Of a DNA stretch of 64,000 nt, positions 1 through 24,233 are shown piece after piece (position 1 is the stretch's first letter; every line of letters begins with the position of its first letter). Origin of the DNA: the human T2T-CHM13v2.0 reference genome, Homo sapiens; the NCBI RefSeq assembly GCF_009914755.1, contig NC_060925.1, one strand, 5' to 3'. Under the pieces are notes generated by a model, which saw only the letters and a list, made by a program, of their open reading frames with translations, searched no databases and was not told the origin of the DNA. Position numbers and translations under genes: made by a program.

Positions 1-595
1 AAGCAAAAACAATATGCGCTCATGTATAAGATTTGTGTGGAGTTTCAGGGATTCACAGACAGACCCTCTGAAACCCATCCATCCACCTCCCAGGTAAAGG
101 TGTGGCTTTAGAAGCAGATAGACCTAAGTGCCACTTCAGAACTGAGATACCTACCCTTCCTCTGTAAGACAGAAAAAAATCAAGAAGAGGCTACCCAACC
201 TATTTCTTGCCAAGAATGCCCTTCCTCCTACTTGAACCCCATGTTTAGAAATATTTTCTATACCTGTAGCCTCAGCAGTTTGGGAGGCTGAGGTGGGATG
301 ATCACTAGGGCTTAGGAATTCGAGACCAGCCTGGGCAACAAAGCGAAACCCTGTCCCTATAAAAAAAAATACAAAAATTAGCCACATATGGGGTGTGCAC
401 CTGTAGTCCCCGCTACTCAGGAGCCTGAGGTGGGAGGATCCCTTAAGCCCAGGAAGTTGAGGCTACAGTGAGCTGAGAATGTGCTACTGCACTCCAGCCT
501 GGGAGACAGAGTGAGACTCTGTCCCAAATATACATATATATATTTTATGGAGTGCAGTGGTGCAATCTTGGCTCACTGCAACCTCTGCCTCCTAG

Positions 596-805
<210 letters not shown>

Positions 806-854
806 TAATTTTTGTTTATTTATTTTATGTATTTATGTATGTATTTATTTATTT

Positions 855-1605
<751 letters not shown>

Positions 1606-1672
1606 TGAGTCACCAAGCAGAGCCTCTAATTTTTAATTAACCAAACAGAACCAGGCAAGCAATAGCCAGTTA

Positions 1673-2071
<399 letters not shown>

Positions 2072-2649
2072 TCATACTCAAGCTTTAATGTTGTTTGTTT
2101 GTTTGTTTGTGCAGTGGCACCATTTCAGCTCACTTCAACCTCTGCCTCCTGGGCTGAAGCGATCCTCCCACAGCCTCCCAAGTAGTTGAGAGTACAGGTG
2201 CACACCACCATGCCTGGCTAATTTTTGTGCTTTTTTGTAGAGATGGGGTTTTGTCATCTTGCTCAGGCTGATCTGGAACTCGTGAACTCAAGCAATCCTC
2301 CTGCCTCGGCCTCCCAAAGTGCTGGGATTACAGGCGTGAGCCACTGCACCTGGCCTCAAGGTATAATGTTTAAACTTTCACTGACTCACTCTAAAGCTCA
2401 CATACTTAAATCTAAACTAATTCAGTGATGCTATTTGCGTCAAACTCATGCTGTCTCACAAATCTATTTATGTGCACCTTTAAATGTGGGAAATGAGAAA
2501 TTCCACCTTCAAACACACCTTTCCAAGCATTTCCTCAGCTCAAACTCTCTCTAAGGTTAATTTAAACACATACTGTACATGAGGCCACATTTAAACCCAC
2601 TTTGGTTCTAACTCAAGCTTGTGTCCTACACTGAGACCTTCTGGCCTCA

Positions 2650-2997
<348 letters not shown>

Positions 2998-3745
2998 TCA
3001 GTTACGCACCACTGAATACTTGCCATGGCTAATACTAAAGATGTAAAAAATATAGAATTCCTGCTCCCAATTCATTCATTCAAGAAATATTGATTAAATG
3101 CCTACAATGTACCAGACACTGCAAGGAACTAGGAATATAATGATAACAGAACTGATGAAGTCCCTGCCTTCATGGAGCTTACAGTCTAGTGGGAGAAACA
3201 GCGGGTGTGGGAGGAATAACAAATAGAGGAGATAATTGGAAATTGTGGTATGTAACATGAAGGAAACAGAGGGGAGTGGGGCTAGGGAGGGAATGGGGCA
3301 GGGCAAGGACCTCTCATAGATGTAGCAGTCAGGGTCCTGGCAGGAAACAGGTGGCACATTCAAACTGGGAAGTATTCATCCCTGAAGGGCATGGGAGAAG
3401 AAACATAAATACATACATTAATAAATATTTAAAAACACAAAGGAAATGGAGGAGAGGCAGGGCACAGTGGCTCACACTTGTAATCCTGGCACTTTGGGAG
3501 GCCAAGGCAGGAGGATCACTTGAGTCCAGGAATTCGAGACCAGTCTGGGCAACATAGGGAGACCCAGCCTCTACAAAAAAATAAAAATAAAAAAATTAGC
3601 CTGGGGTGGTGGCTTGCACCTGTGGTCCCAGCTACTCAGAAGGCTGAAGTGGGAGGATCATTGAGCCAGGGAGGTTGAGGCTGCAGTGAGCCAAGATTGC
3701 ACCACTGCACTCCAATCTGGGTAGATAGAGTGAGACCCTGTCTCA

Positions 3746-3757
3746 ATAGATATAGAT

Positions 3758-3796
<39 letters not shown>
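3746..3796. repeat. (TAGA)n microsatellite derived from an Alu tail
   Basis: Direct read. Confidence 0.9.
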
Positions 3797-3797
<1 letters not shown>

Positions 3798-4247
3798 GCC
3801 GGGTACGGTGGCTCACACCTGTAATTCCAGCACTTTGGGAGGCCAAGGCGGGCAGATCAACTGAGGTCAGGAGTTTAAGACAAGCCTGGCCAACATGGTG
3901 AAACCCTGTCTTTACTAAAAATTCAAAAAAAATTAGCCAGGCATGGTGGCGTGCACCTGCAGTCCCAGCTACTCGGGAGGCTGAGGCAGGAGAATCGTTT
4001 GAACTTGGGAGGTGGAGGTTGCAGTGGCCAAGATGGTGCCACTGGTGCCACTGCACTTCAGCCTGGGTGATGAAGTAAGACTCCATCTCAAAAAAAAAAA
4101 AAAAGATAAATAAAGGTGAAAAATGGATGAGAGTTTAATAAAAGGGCTATTTACAAGCAGCGAGGAATGGTGCAGTACCCTAGAGTTAGTAACAGTGGGA
4201 GCCCTTCCCAGCCTTAGGCCCGAAGGTCCAAGGGGAGGCAGCAAGCA

Positions 4248-5332
<1,085 letters not shown>

Positions 5333-5362
5333 TCATGATCTTCAATCCAGTGTGCTCCCTGC

Positions 5363-6430
<1,068 letters not shown>

Positions 6431-6639
6431 CCTTCTTCAAGTTGGCAAGGCATCACTTTAGCAAAATGTCTCTGTCAATTTCCCTTCTCTTTCAGGGCCT
6501 CTTTGATTTGATTGGAATCCCCCAGTCCTGCTACATTATATATTCAGAGTACATGACTAGTAGCTCACTCACAGGAAAGAGCAAGCACTACCCCAATGAG
6601 ATACTAGCAGACACCTACCAGACTGGCAACAATACTAAA

Positions 6640-13130
<6,491 letters not shown>

Positions 13131-13232
13131 TTCATTGACAGCTTCTAATCAGAGGCATAACGTGGTCAGATTTCTATTTGTTGGTAGGATGGAAGACTAA
13201 AATCAATGACACTAGCCAGTAGGCTGGATATA

Positions 13233-13657
13233 CAATCTCTCTTGATAGCTGTGGGCATTGGTTTCAGGATCTCGCAGTTACCAAAATGCAGGATGCTCAA
13301 GTCCCATATATAAAATGGCGTGGTATTTGCATACAACCTACACACATGCTTACATATCCTTTTTTAAAATTACTTATTTTTTTTTAAAGAGATGAAGTCG
13401 AACTCCTAGTCTCAAGCAATCCTCCCATCTCAGCCTCCCAAGTAGCTGGGACTACGGTCGCATGCCACTGCGCTGGCTCCCATATACTTTAAATCATCTC
13501 TAGGTTACTTATAATACCTAATACAATGTAAATCCTAGGTAAATAGTTGTACTGTATTTTAAATTTTGCATTATTTTTTATTTGATTCAAAAATGTTTCT
13601 GGTCCATGGTTGGTTAAATCCATGGATGCAAAACCCACAGATACAGAGGGCACCCTG
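13233..13657. mobile_element. MER2 (Tigger-family) DNA transposon with an Alu fragment inserted
   Basis: ggatgctcaagtcccatatataaaatggcgtggtatttgcat...ttacttataatacctaatacaatgtaaat...ccatggatgcaaaacccacagatacagagggc. Confidence 0.75.
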
Positions 13658-14273
13658 TGTATGTATGTGTATGTGTGTGTGTGTGTGGGTGGGTGTGTAA
13701 ATATATACATGGATAGGAGGCCTGAGGTAGACGTTTTACCTGGAGATATAATTTGGCAGTGTTTGCAATTACTCAGGGAGAGTCTGTACAGTGAAAAGAG
13801 AATTGATGGAAGCTTGCGAACCAACAGTCCTTAAACAGCTGGCAGAGAAAAGGCAGCCCTGGAGGAAACCAACAGACAACAGCAGATGGGGAGAAGAGGA
13901 AAGAGTGGCGTTACCGGGAGTGAAACGAATAGAGGAGCCAGGGAGGATCAGAGGGAGGGAAAATTGTGTGGAATGCGGTACAGAGGTCAGAAAAGAGTCC
14001 ATTTGATTTGGCGGTAGGTAATCTTTCCCAGAGCAGTTTCGGTGTTAGTGGTTCAGGCGGGAATTCCAATGCAAGAAACCAGTGAACGAATGAGAGAGTG
14101 AGTAGGGAAAGTGAAGGTGAGTACGTTAATGAATGAATAAATCAAGTCTGTACCCTCTCTTGCCCGGGGGATTTCCAGGGCCAATGTCGCACTTTGGTGA
14201 GGAGGAAAGGCCTGGTCACGGCTTGGGGTGACGCCTAGGAAACTGTCAGCCTCGCAAACCCATAGGCGCAGCC

Positions 14274-14342
14274 CCAAGGTCAGGGTCACCTCGAGCCTCC
14301 AGACAACTCGTCACCTTGACGACCAACTGAAAAAACCGGAAG
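14274..14342 (+). promoter_or_regulatory. ERR/NR5A-type site CCAAGGTCA within a DR0 (AGGTCA-GGGTCA, 14277-14288) plus ETS/GABPA-like ACCGGAAG (14335-14342)
   Basis: Motif matches; the combination is typical of nuclear-encoded mitochondrial gene promoters. Confidence 0.5.
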
Positions 14343-14361
14343 GGATGGAAGCAGCGGATCA

Positions 14362-14428
14362 TCTCGCGATATCTGGAGCGTCTGCGCCTGCCTTCCTGAC
14401 CTGGGACTTGTTTCCAGCTCTCGCGAGA
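14362..14428. promoter_or_regulatory. Two BANP-type (CGCG element) motifs: TCTCGCGATA 14362-14371 and palindromic TCTCGCGAGA 14419-14428
   Basis: Direct motif matches 60-130 nt upstream of the ATG. Confidence 0.75.
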
Positions 14429-14489
14429 CTTTCAGGGGTCGGAGCGCGGGGGCCGGCCGAGAGGAAAGCTGGAGGCGCGGGTGGGGAAC

Positions 14490-14553
14490 ATGTCTGAGTC
14501 GGAGCTCGGCAGGAAGTGGGACCGGTGTCTGGCGGATGCGGTCGTGAAGATAG
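14490..14553 (+). CDS. MICOS10: MICOS10 (MIC10) coding exon 1, MSESELGRKWDRCLADAVVKI(G)
   Basis: ATG at 14490; translation matches the MIC10 N-terminus; donor TAG|gtaagg after 14553 (phase 1); lies in a CpG island. Confidence 0.97.
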
Positions 14554-15489
14554 GTAAGGGGCTTTTCGCCCCAGCAGGCCCGGCCGGTGCAGAGCTGCTG
14601 GCTCCAGGCTGCGCTGCCCAGGAGGAAGGAAGGGAAGCCCCACGGGAGGTCAGGCCTCTCGGCCTTTTCCGGCCCCTCCGGCCAGGGCGAGCCGCCCGGG
14701 CCCCGGCGGGAGGTCACTCGGGCGGCGGGCACAGACCCGAGGAGCCGGAGCAGCAGCCCGGGTGCGGGGTGGAGTTGCAGCCCGGAGGAGGTGGTCGGGG
14801 TTGGCAGGTGGCAGGAGAGTCGCAGAGCTCTTGAGTGGAAGACAGTGTCGGGGCACACCCTCGTGCCGGAGCCGCGGGGTTCTCCTCCCGGGTGGTGCAT
14901 TCCCCGGCACGCGGCGGGGAACCGGCTCAGGAGGCCACGCTGCTCCCCGGCGGAAACCAAAGTGCCTTCTGGAGAAGGTCACCTGGAGCATTTCATAGAC
15001 ACCGCCAGGCCCTGATGCGAGTTGCTGTCATTCCCGACTTGCCACCTGATTTATTTGAATCAGAGTAGTCTGGGGCCTGAACTTAGAGGGGTGATGATCT
15101 GGAATGAGAATTGCGCTGGAAAGTAAGAAGTTGTTCACGTTAAGTTTTTCTGCGTAGTCCTTTAACACGTGCTCAGTGACGGCACAAATTATGAAGTCAC
15201 TGTATGGTGGGGAGGAGAAAGGAAACTCGTTTATTGAGCGTATATTGTCTTCATTGTGCGAAATAATCTTTTTACAGGCCGTGAAATGGAGAGTCAGGTG
15301 AAGGAATTTGCCCACGGTCACAGCTAACAAATGGCAAAATTAGGGATTTTACCCAGCTTTTCTGGGGTCAAGTCCCATGTTCCTTCTTCGATGCTAATTT
15401 TTGTTACCCAAATGTGATATTTTTGTGTGGTAATCTTAGGGTATTTAAGAGGATTTAGGATTGTGTCTTTGAATGAAAACATTGAGGAA

Positions 15490-15800
15490 TAAGATTGTAA
15501 GCTCCATGAGAGCAGGGATGTTTTCTGGTTTAGTCACTGCCCCATCCCCAGCCCCTAAAAGAGTGCTTAATAAAAATTGTTGAGAGTGAGTCAATAAATG
15601 AAACAGTTTATCAGTTACCATTTCACCTCTGAATTCAGCACTTACAGTCAAGTGATTTGGGGCAAGTTATTTAACTTTTCTGTGCCTGATTCCTATTTGG
15701 AAATCGGCAGTAATAATTATTACTATCTCATGGAGTCGTTGGGAGGATTAAATGAGTTAGTTTGTTTAAAGGCTTGAATATGGATCACTTAGGAATGGGT
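15490..15800. mobile_element. L2 3' end followed by MIR
   Basis: tgtaagctccatgagagcaggg (L2) and ggcaagttatttaacttttctgtgcct...ggattaaatgag (MIR). Confidence 0.6.
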
Positions 15801-15925
15801 TATTTTGGAAGCGACTAAACAGTCACTTTTGTTTTGTTACTGTTAACAGCTTGCAGTTCAGAGAGAAGACTTAACACCTAGCTATGAAATGACCAAAGTA
15901 GTTACTAGGCAATGTCATATAGTTA

Positions 15926-16117
<192 letters not shown>

Positions 16118-17509
16118 TCATCCACTCTCACTCTTCTCGCCCATCCTTACTAATTTTGTAGCTTTGGGTAAAGTCTCTTTCTCAACTACGAAATGGTGAT
16201 CAAAAGAGATTTACCTGAAAGTATTAAAAAAAGTAAAGGACAGAAAAATACATAAGCTACTTAGCACAGTGCCTGGTGCTTTATGTATACAGTAATGGTA
16301 GTCATAATAACTGGCTTTTAAAATTTTTTAATGTATTTTATTTATATTTATTTTTAATTAACTTATTTTTTTTATACAGGCAGGGTCTCCCTATGTTGCC
16401 CAGGTTGGTCTTTTAACTCCTGGGCTCAAGCAATCCTCCTGCCTCAGCCTCCCAAAATGCCAGGATTACAGGCATGAGCCAATGCGCCACACTCATAGTA
16501 GTTGTTTTTTATTTTTTGAAATAGGGTCTCGCTCTGTCACCCAGGCTGGAGTGTAGTGGTGGGATCTCGGCTCACTGCAACTTCTGTCTCCTTGGGCTCA
16601 AGTGATCCTCCCACCTCAGCCTCCTGAGTAGCTGGGACTATAGGTGTGTGCCACCATGCTCAACTATTTTTGTATTTTTTGGTAGAGACGGTGTTTTGCC
16701 ATATTCCTTAGGCCGGTCTCAAACTTCTGGGCTTAAGTGATCCATCATCCTCAGCCTCCCAAAGTGCTGGCATTACAAGCTTGAGCCACTGCACCCAGCC
16801 AATAGTTGTTGATATTAATATTATTGTGCTACTGAAGACCACGTGAGGCAGTGAATAGTGTCACTCTGTCTCTCATGCGTAGAACGTTGATAGGGGTGCA
16901 GCATATACATGTGGAGTAATTAAATGAGGCAAGGTGATGTACGATCTCAGGTATAAGTTAAAATGAGTGATTCAGACTCTTTTGCTGTAGGGTTGTATAT
17001 TAAGTGACTGAAGGGATGGGCTGAGGTCATTCAATAAGAGTGTGGAAGGGCCTTCAACTGACCTTTGTAGAATGGCTTGGGATTGAATAGTCAGGTAGGA
17101 TGGAAGAAGAACTTAAGCAAAGGTCAAGTTGGATTTTTATGAGGAGTAAATCGAAGCGCAGAGAGGTTAAATATCCAGAAGTGGAGGAGCTGGGATTAGA
17201 ACCCAGGCATCCTAATTTCAGTGCAGAGAGGCTGGTTTAGGTGGAGTCAGAACTGTGAAATGTCTTAGAGAGATTCCATTTTATCTTGGAGGTGTTTGAG
17301 TTGCCTGTTGACTTTTTCACATGCTTTCTGCGTATTCAGCACCTCTGCCTTAAAAATCTATTGCTTCCAGGGCTCACTAGGCATAGGCTGGTGGGTAATC
17401 ATGGGATGGTTTCAAGCAACAAATATTTATTGAGCTGTGGGTCAGTCAGCGGGCAAATAGAGAAGCATAAGACATTTCACTGCCCTCAACAGGGAATTGA
17501 CGTAATATA

Positions 17510-17568
17510 TTAGGTTGCCATTAAAAAAAAAATTGGCAAAGACCACAGTTACTTTTGCACCAACCTAG
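17510..17568. mobile_element. MADE1 (Hsmar1 MITE) with most of the left arm deleted
   Basis: ttaggttg|ccatt...ggcaaagaccacagttacttttgcaccaaccta; TA-flanked. Confidence 0.8.
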
Positions 17569-17868
17569 TAAATGAAATTTTAGTATGATTGTTCTGGCAG
17601 AATGAATTTGGAGCAGAGGAAACTAGCAGTACTGTGATTGTGAGGTGATAAAAGTCTGACCTGTTAGACTGGAATAAATGGGCATATTTGAGAAATTTCA
17701 AACTTTTTCCCATCTGTGAAATAAGGGAGTTGTCCTGTTGGTGATGGGCTGAGAGAGAGGGCGGAAGAGAGAAGAAGTAAGGGAGGCTTTAGTCTGAGTC
17801 GTCTTTGAAACCATGAAGGTGTACGCTCTTCTATAGTGAGCGTGTTGCTTCCTGTTTTCTCTGGGTAG

Positions 17869-17967
17869 TGAGGTTCTGGAACTCTTTAAACCTCATTGGC
17901 TGCTTGCTTTTCTGGTATTTCAAAATGGAGATGGAGACTCAGGGAATGGCAGCCTGTCATAAGATAG
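17869..17967 (+). other. Candidate alternative MICOS10 exon (99 nt, phase 1-1, open frame; internal strong-Kozak ATG at 17925)
   Basis: ttgcttcctgttttctctgggtag| acceptor; AAGATAG|gtaag donor identical to that of exon 1. Confidence 0.45.
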
Positions 17968-18661
17968 GTAAGAGGTTTGGTGGAAGACATAGACAGGAAG
18001 AAAAGGCCAATGCAGGCTTTCAGCTCCATCTTGATAATTTCACTGTGGGTTTTTGTTGTTTTTAAGACAAGGTCTCACTCTGTCACCCAGTCTGGAGTGC
18101 AGTGGTGCAATCACAGCTCACCACAGCCTTGACCTCCAGAGCTCAGGTGATCCTCCCACCTCAGCCTCCTGAGTAGCTGGGACTGTGGGTACGCACCACC
18201 ATACCCATCTAACTTTTGTATTTTTTGTAGAGATGGGGTTTCACCATGTTGCCCAGGCTGGTCTTGAACTCAGGGTCCAAACGATCCACCTACCTTGGCC
18301 TCCCAACGTGCCAGGATTACAGGCATGAGCCACCACACCTGGTCCATCTTGATAATTTCATACTCTGGCTTGGCAAAGACTGAAGGGAAGCCATGGTGAA
18401 TGCACAGCAACTTCTGTGAGTCCTTCTCTGTTTGGTTGTCTTATACCTAAAGTGTTTTGCTTCCAGGGTTCACCAGGGTTATTTTCCCACCTGTTTGCTG
18501 TACGATGACTATTATAATCACTCGTGTTTAGCATAGGTGTTGTATAGCTGAGTTAAATAGCTTTCTTAAGCCTGTACTTTAGGCAGTGGTCCTTTAAAAA
18601 AGTAATCTTCAAGGATCTTTTCACCCTGAGGCTTGAATAATATCTTAATAGAAAATTATCA

Positions 18662-19018
<357 letters not shown>

Positions 19019-20664
19019 TCAAAAAAAAAAAAAAAGAAAAGAAAAAGGAAAAAAAAGAAAAGCAGTTATATTTTACCTGCTTATTCGGGTTTTAAAACCT
19101 CTATTTATTTTGTATCAAATAGTGTGGAAGAATAGGTGATTTCTAGTATGGTTTGAACTGATAAATTAAGCCCATGGATCTAAAAACAATAGCAAAAATT
19201 AAAACCCATCTTTCTCTTGGAAGGGAGCTCTGAGTGATGGGCACAGTGGGCCCTTACTTGTTACACATCCACTTCTCTTTTTTCCACTTTTTTAGCCCTT
19301 GTTGCTTTCTTTTTCTTTATTCCTGTCACATTTTTACACTTCTTTTTGACCTCTATTCTTATTCCTGCCACTGCCACTACATACATTGCCTAGTTCATCT
19401 ATAAAGTTTGACATTGATAGGTCTTTTTTCCTTAGTAACCCTGTTAGCATTTAAGAAGTTCCTAGGTATTCTATTTATTCTTTATCACATCATTTTTCTT
19501 AATAGCATGTTTCACCATTTGAAATTTGTAATTGGTTTCTTTACTTGATTGTTTCTTCTCCCTGGAATGTAAACTTCATAAGAACCAGAGGCTGTTGTGT
19601 TCACTGTTGATCCCCTAACGCCTGGTTTAGAGGAGGCGTACAATAATTATTGTTAAATGAATGACATGTATTGCTGAGAATTTTGTAGACCGTTCTCTGC
19701 CCATATTTGCTTCTCAGAGTGTGTTTATTAACTGAATGAATTAGTATTTAACTGAAAAACTCCAAGTAAAGTAGATTTCTGCCCGTTCACATGTTTGATC
19801 ATGTATCCTTGTGTTCTTGGGACTTATACCAACTTTTAATTTCATCTGGGAATGTAAATTAACTGTCAGTAGATCTTAATAATAAAGTAGTATTAAAAAT
19901 GTTTGGGAATAGTCAACTGAGAAACATAAACCAGAGAGCACTTTTGTATTTAAACAAGTAGAGGGATGATGTTGGTTTAAGTGGTAGTGCCAAAGCCTTA
20001 TTGCAGGAAATTAAAAAGGAGTGAAGAATATTACATTTTATGAATGGCATGTTCCGTTAGTTTTATGTGAATGCGTCATTAATGGGTTTTGCTTATTTTA
20101 TGGATTTATTTTTAAGTTTTATCAGATTTATTAAATGCTCTGGCTTTCTTTATCCACTCAGTTCAAGGGCTGTGGTGTTTATTTTCCTTGTATGTATGGG
20201 TAATCTGTCTTAGTACCCATGAGCATGAATAAGTCACACATTTCTTATTAGTGAGGCTAGAAGGCATAGTGTCTTATCAACCTAGGAGACTTTAAATCGT
20301 TCTGGTCTCCACAGAGCCGATGTCCTCAGCTTGGGCTTGTCACCCTGGACTGGATGAGAGGTTATGTCTGTTTTCAATTTCCCAAGGAAAATAAGATTTT
20401 AGGAGATGAGAAAAGTCATAGACTTCCAGGGGCTGCTTCCCTGTGGTTTGAGAATTTATGAGCCCTACAGGTGTGGGTCACAGAAGCACTAGGCCGGGCT
20501 CGCTGGCTCACACCTGTAATCCCAGCACTTTGGGAGGCCGAGTTAGGCAGATCCCCTGAGGTCAGGAGTTCGAGACCAGCCTGGACAACATGGCGAAACC
20601 CCATCTCTACTAAAAATACAAAAAATTAGCCGGGCATGGTGGTGCATGCCTGTAATCTCAGCTA

Positions 20665-20772
<108 letters not shown>

Positions 20773-21652
20773 TCAAAACAAACAAACAAACAAACAGAAG
20801 CAGAAACACTGTCATTGCCTCAGAATTCTGTTACAACTTACTCTTCTTGAATGCCGAAGGCTTGCACCAGCAGGCTGTGGACCTTTTGACCAAGTTGATG
20901 TTGCTTGTGTGACAGTGGCCTGTCCTCAGACTATGGATTTGCCAGAGGACGCTTTGAGGAAAATCTGATTCTGGCACTTCCTGGATTCATACGGAGGTCC
21001 TGGGAATCCCTAGTGTGACTTGGATAGCTTTAAAATTGGCTGTGTCCCTTTTCTCTTTGTTTTGCTCCAATGTGAGACCAGAGTAAGGAATATCTAGTCT
21101 TACTAATCCATGTATTGGTTTAGAATTCTAGTTTATTCTAATAGAAGTCAGGTTGTATGGCAACTCTGTATTTTAGCATTTGAAGAAATTCATTGAATGG
21201 TTAGCTGAAGAGTGACATGGTTGAATTTTTGATTTCAGAAAAATCATTGATGAGAATGAATCAGAGGGCTGGCTGGGATGAAGGCAGGGAGGAGATGTCA
21301 TGGTGGAGGGAGAGGTCCCAAAGCTGGAGAGTTTCCTGGAAAAGACTGTCCTGGCAAGCCAGGTGTGTCAAGCACAACAGTGATTTCCGTTAGTAGCAAG
21401 AAAAAAGGCAAGCCATGGACATTTACAAGGAGCCCCTAGAATGTATTCAATTCAGTGAACTGTAGTGGCATACACAGTCATTTTGTTTTTCTTTTCCTCA
21501 TTTTTTTCATTCAAAATAAATGTACCAGTAAATACCTCCCAGCCTCAGTTTTCTTATCTATAAAATGATAGTACTTGCCCCAGAGGGTAGTTGCAAGTGA
21601 GGATAAAATGAGATAATCTCTAGAGCAGTTAGGACGTTGCCTGTACTTACTA

Positions 21653-22101
<449 letters not shown>

Positions 22102-22699
22102 TCATGTTTATATATGTAATAGTAATCATTAATGTGTACTTCTTGAAACAATTTAGTACCAGGTATTGTGGTAAGCCTTGGCAGGGGGTGGCACACAGGT
22201 GAATAGGCACTGGCCCTACCCTCGAGGGGCTTACTGCCTTGAGGAATGTGAAAAGGATGAGGGACATTTGACCCCCATTTTGGAAAATATGCAGATATTT
22301 AATAGGTGGACCAGGTTGGGGAGTGTGTTTCACTCCTTGAAGGTGTCCCAAAGGAGAGGGATACTTTGGTTCCTTCTGGGAATGATGAGAATGACCATCA
22401 CTTATTGAGCACTTAACCGCATGCCAGGCACGGTGCTGAGCATGTTATATTTTACATCATTATCTCATATCCTTGTAAGATATTTCTCCATTTTTACAAT
22501 GGAAGCTCATGGTGGCAGAATCCCTCCTTTAGGATCACAGGCTACAGCTGCAAGGGTAGGAAGGTGAACCCCATTCTTGTAGCTATCACATGTTAATGCA
22601 GGAGATTTTATCCTTTGGGGTTAAAGGATTTATGTGGGGAGGGACAAAAGATGAGGCAGGAAAGGTGGAAGGGTGTAGGAAGTTGTGGAGATTTTTTAA

Positions 22700-23390
22700 A
22701 CTACTTTGTTGAGATATATTTCATGGCATACATTTTCCTATTTAAAGTGTACAATTTTAGTTTTTTCACCAAATTGTGCAATTATCACAATCTAATTTTA
22801 GAATATTTTTAGCTTCCCCCAAAAGAAACACTGGATGCAGCTGCTCCTATTCCCAAACTCTCACCCCAACCTTAGCCCCAGGCAACCACCAATTTACTTT
22901 TTGTCTCTGTGGAGTCTCCTATGCTGGACATTTTACATAAAGAGTTATATAATATGTAGTCTTTTGTATCGGCTTCTTTGACTTAGGTAGTGTTTTCAGT
23001 ATTCATCCATGCTGTTGCATTTATCTGTTCATCATTCTTTTTTGTTACCAAATAATGTTGTGTGGTGTATTTGTACTACATCTTGTTTATCCATTTGTCA
23101 GTTGGTGGACATTTAGTTTGTTTACGCTTTTAAATTTTATGAATAATGCTGCTGTGATCAAGTGTACACATTTTTGTTTTGTTTTGAGATGGGGTCTGTT
23201 TTGCCCAGGCTGGTCTCAAATTCCTGGGCTCAAGTGATCCTCCTGCCTCAGCCTCCTGAGTAGCTTGGATTACAGGTGCATGCCATGGTGCTCAGCCCCC
23301 CAGTTTTTATGTGGACATGTTTTCATCTCTCTTGGATATATACCTAGGAGTGGAATTGCTTGGTTGTGTGGCAATTCTATGTTTAGCATT
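22700..23390 (-). mobile_element. L1M 3' fragment, antisense
   Basis: tttgttgagatatatt...aaagtgtacaat...ggatatatacctaggagtggaattgct. Confidence 0.7.
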
Positions 23391-23855
23391 CGAAGAAATT
23401 CATTGAATGGTAAGCTGAAAAGTGACGTGGTTGAATTTCTGATTTCAGAAAGATCACTGATGTGATGAGAATGAATAACTCTCTGGAGTGCTAGGATGTG
23501 GGGGCAGGGAGCTAGCTTAGTATATTATTGCAAAATCTTGCCAAAGATGAGCTGATCAAATGAGAGGAAGCATGAACTAAGATGGGAGCAGCAGGAGTGG
23601 AAAAGAGAGATATAATGATGCTAGTACAGAGTTTATATTTACAGAACTTGAAATGCAGGCTCAGGAGTGGGAGGAGTCAGGTGGTGCCAAGCCTACATAA
23701 ATGAGCATGGTGTTGCTTTTGACAAATAGGAGAGGCAGAGAGGGGAATAACATTTTGTAGTTTCTTAATTTCTAGTATGTCTTGAGATAGGTCTCTAATT
23801 ATATGCAGCTCAGTTAACAGATGAAAGTTATTGGTTTATCATGCATTCATCTTTA

Positions 23856-24080
<225 letters not shown>

Positions 24081-24083
24081 TCA

Positions 24084-24233
<150 letters not shown>

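Larger units (their letters stand above)
14180..15020. promoter_or_regulatory. CpG island and promoter of MICOS10
   Basis: Sharp rise in GC and CpG density around exon 1; no obvious TATA box. Confidence 0.9.

Noticed and set aside
13800-14250. Divergent antisense lncRNA from the MICOS10 promoter
   Set aside because: Plausible for a CpG-island promoter, but no exon structure can be supported from sequence alone
14286-15068. ORFs across the MICOS10 CpG island, including the 117-aa exon-1 read-through into the intron
   Set aside because: GC-rich artefacts; only 14490-14553 is supported by homology and a splice donor
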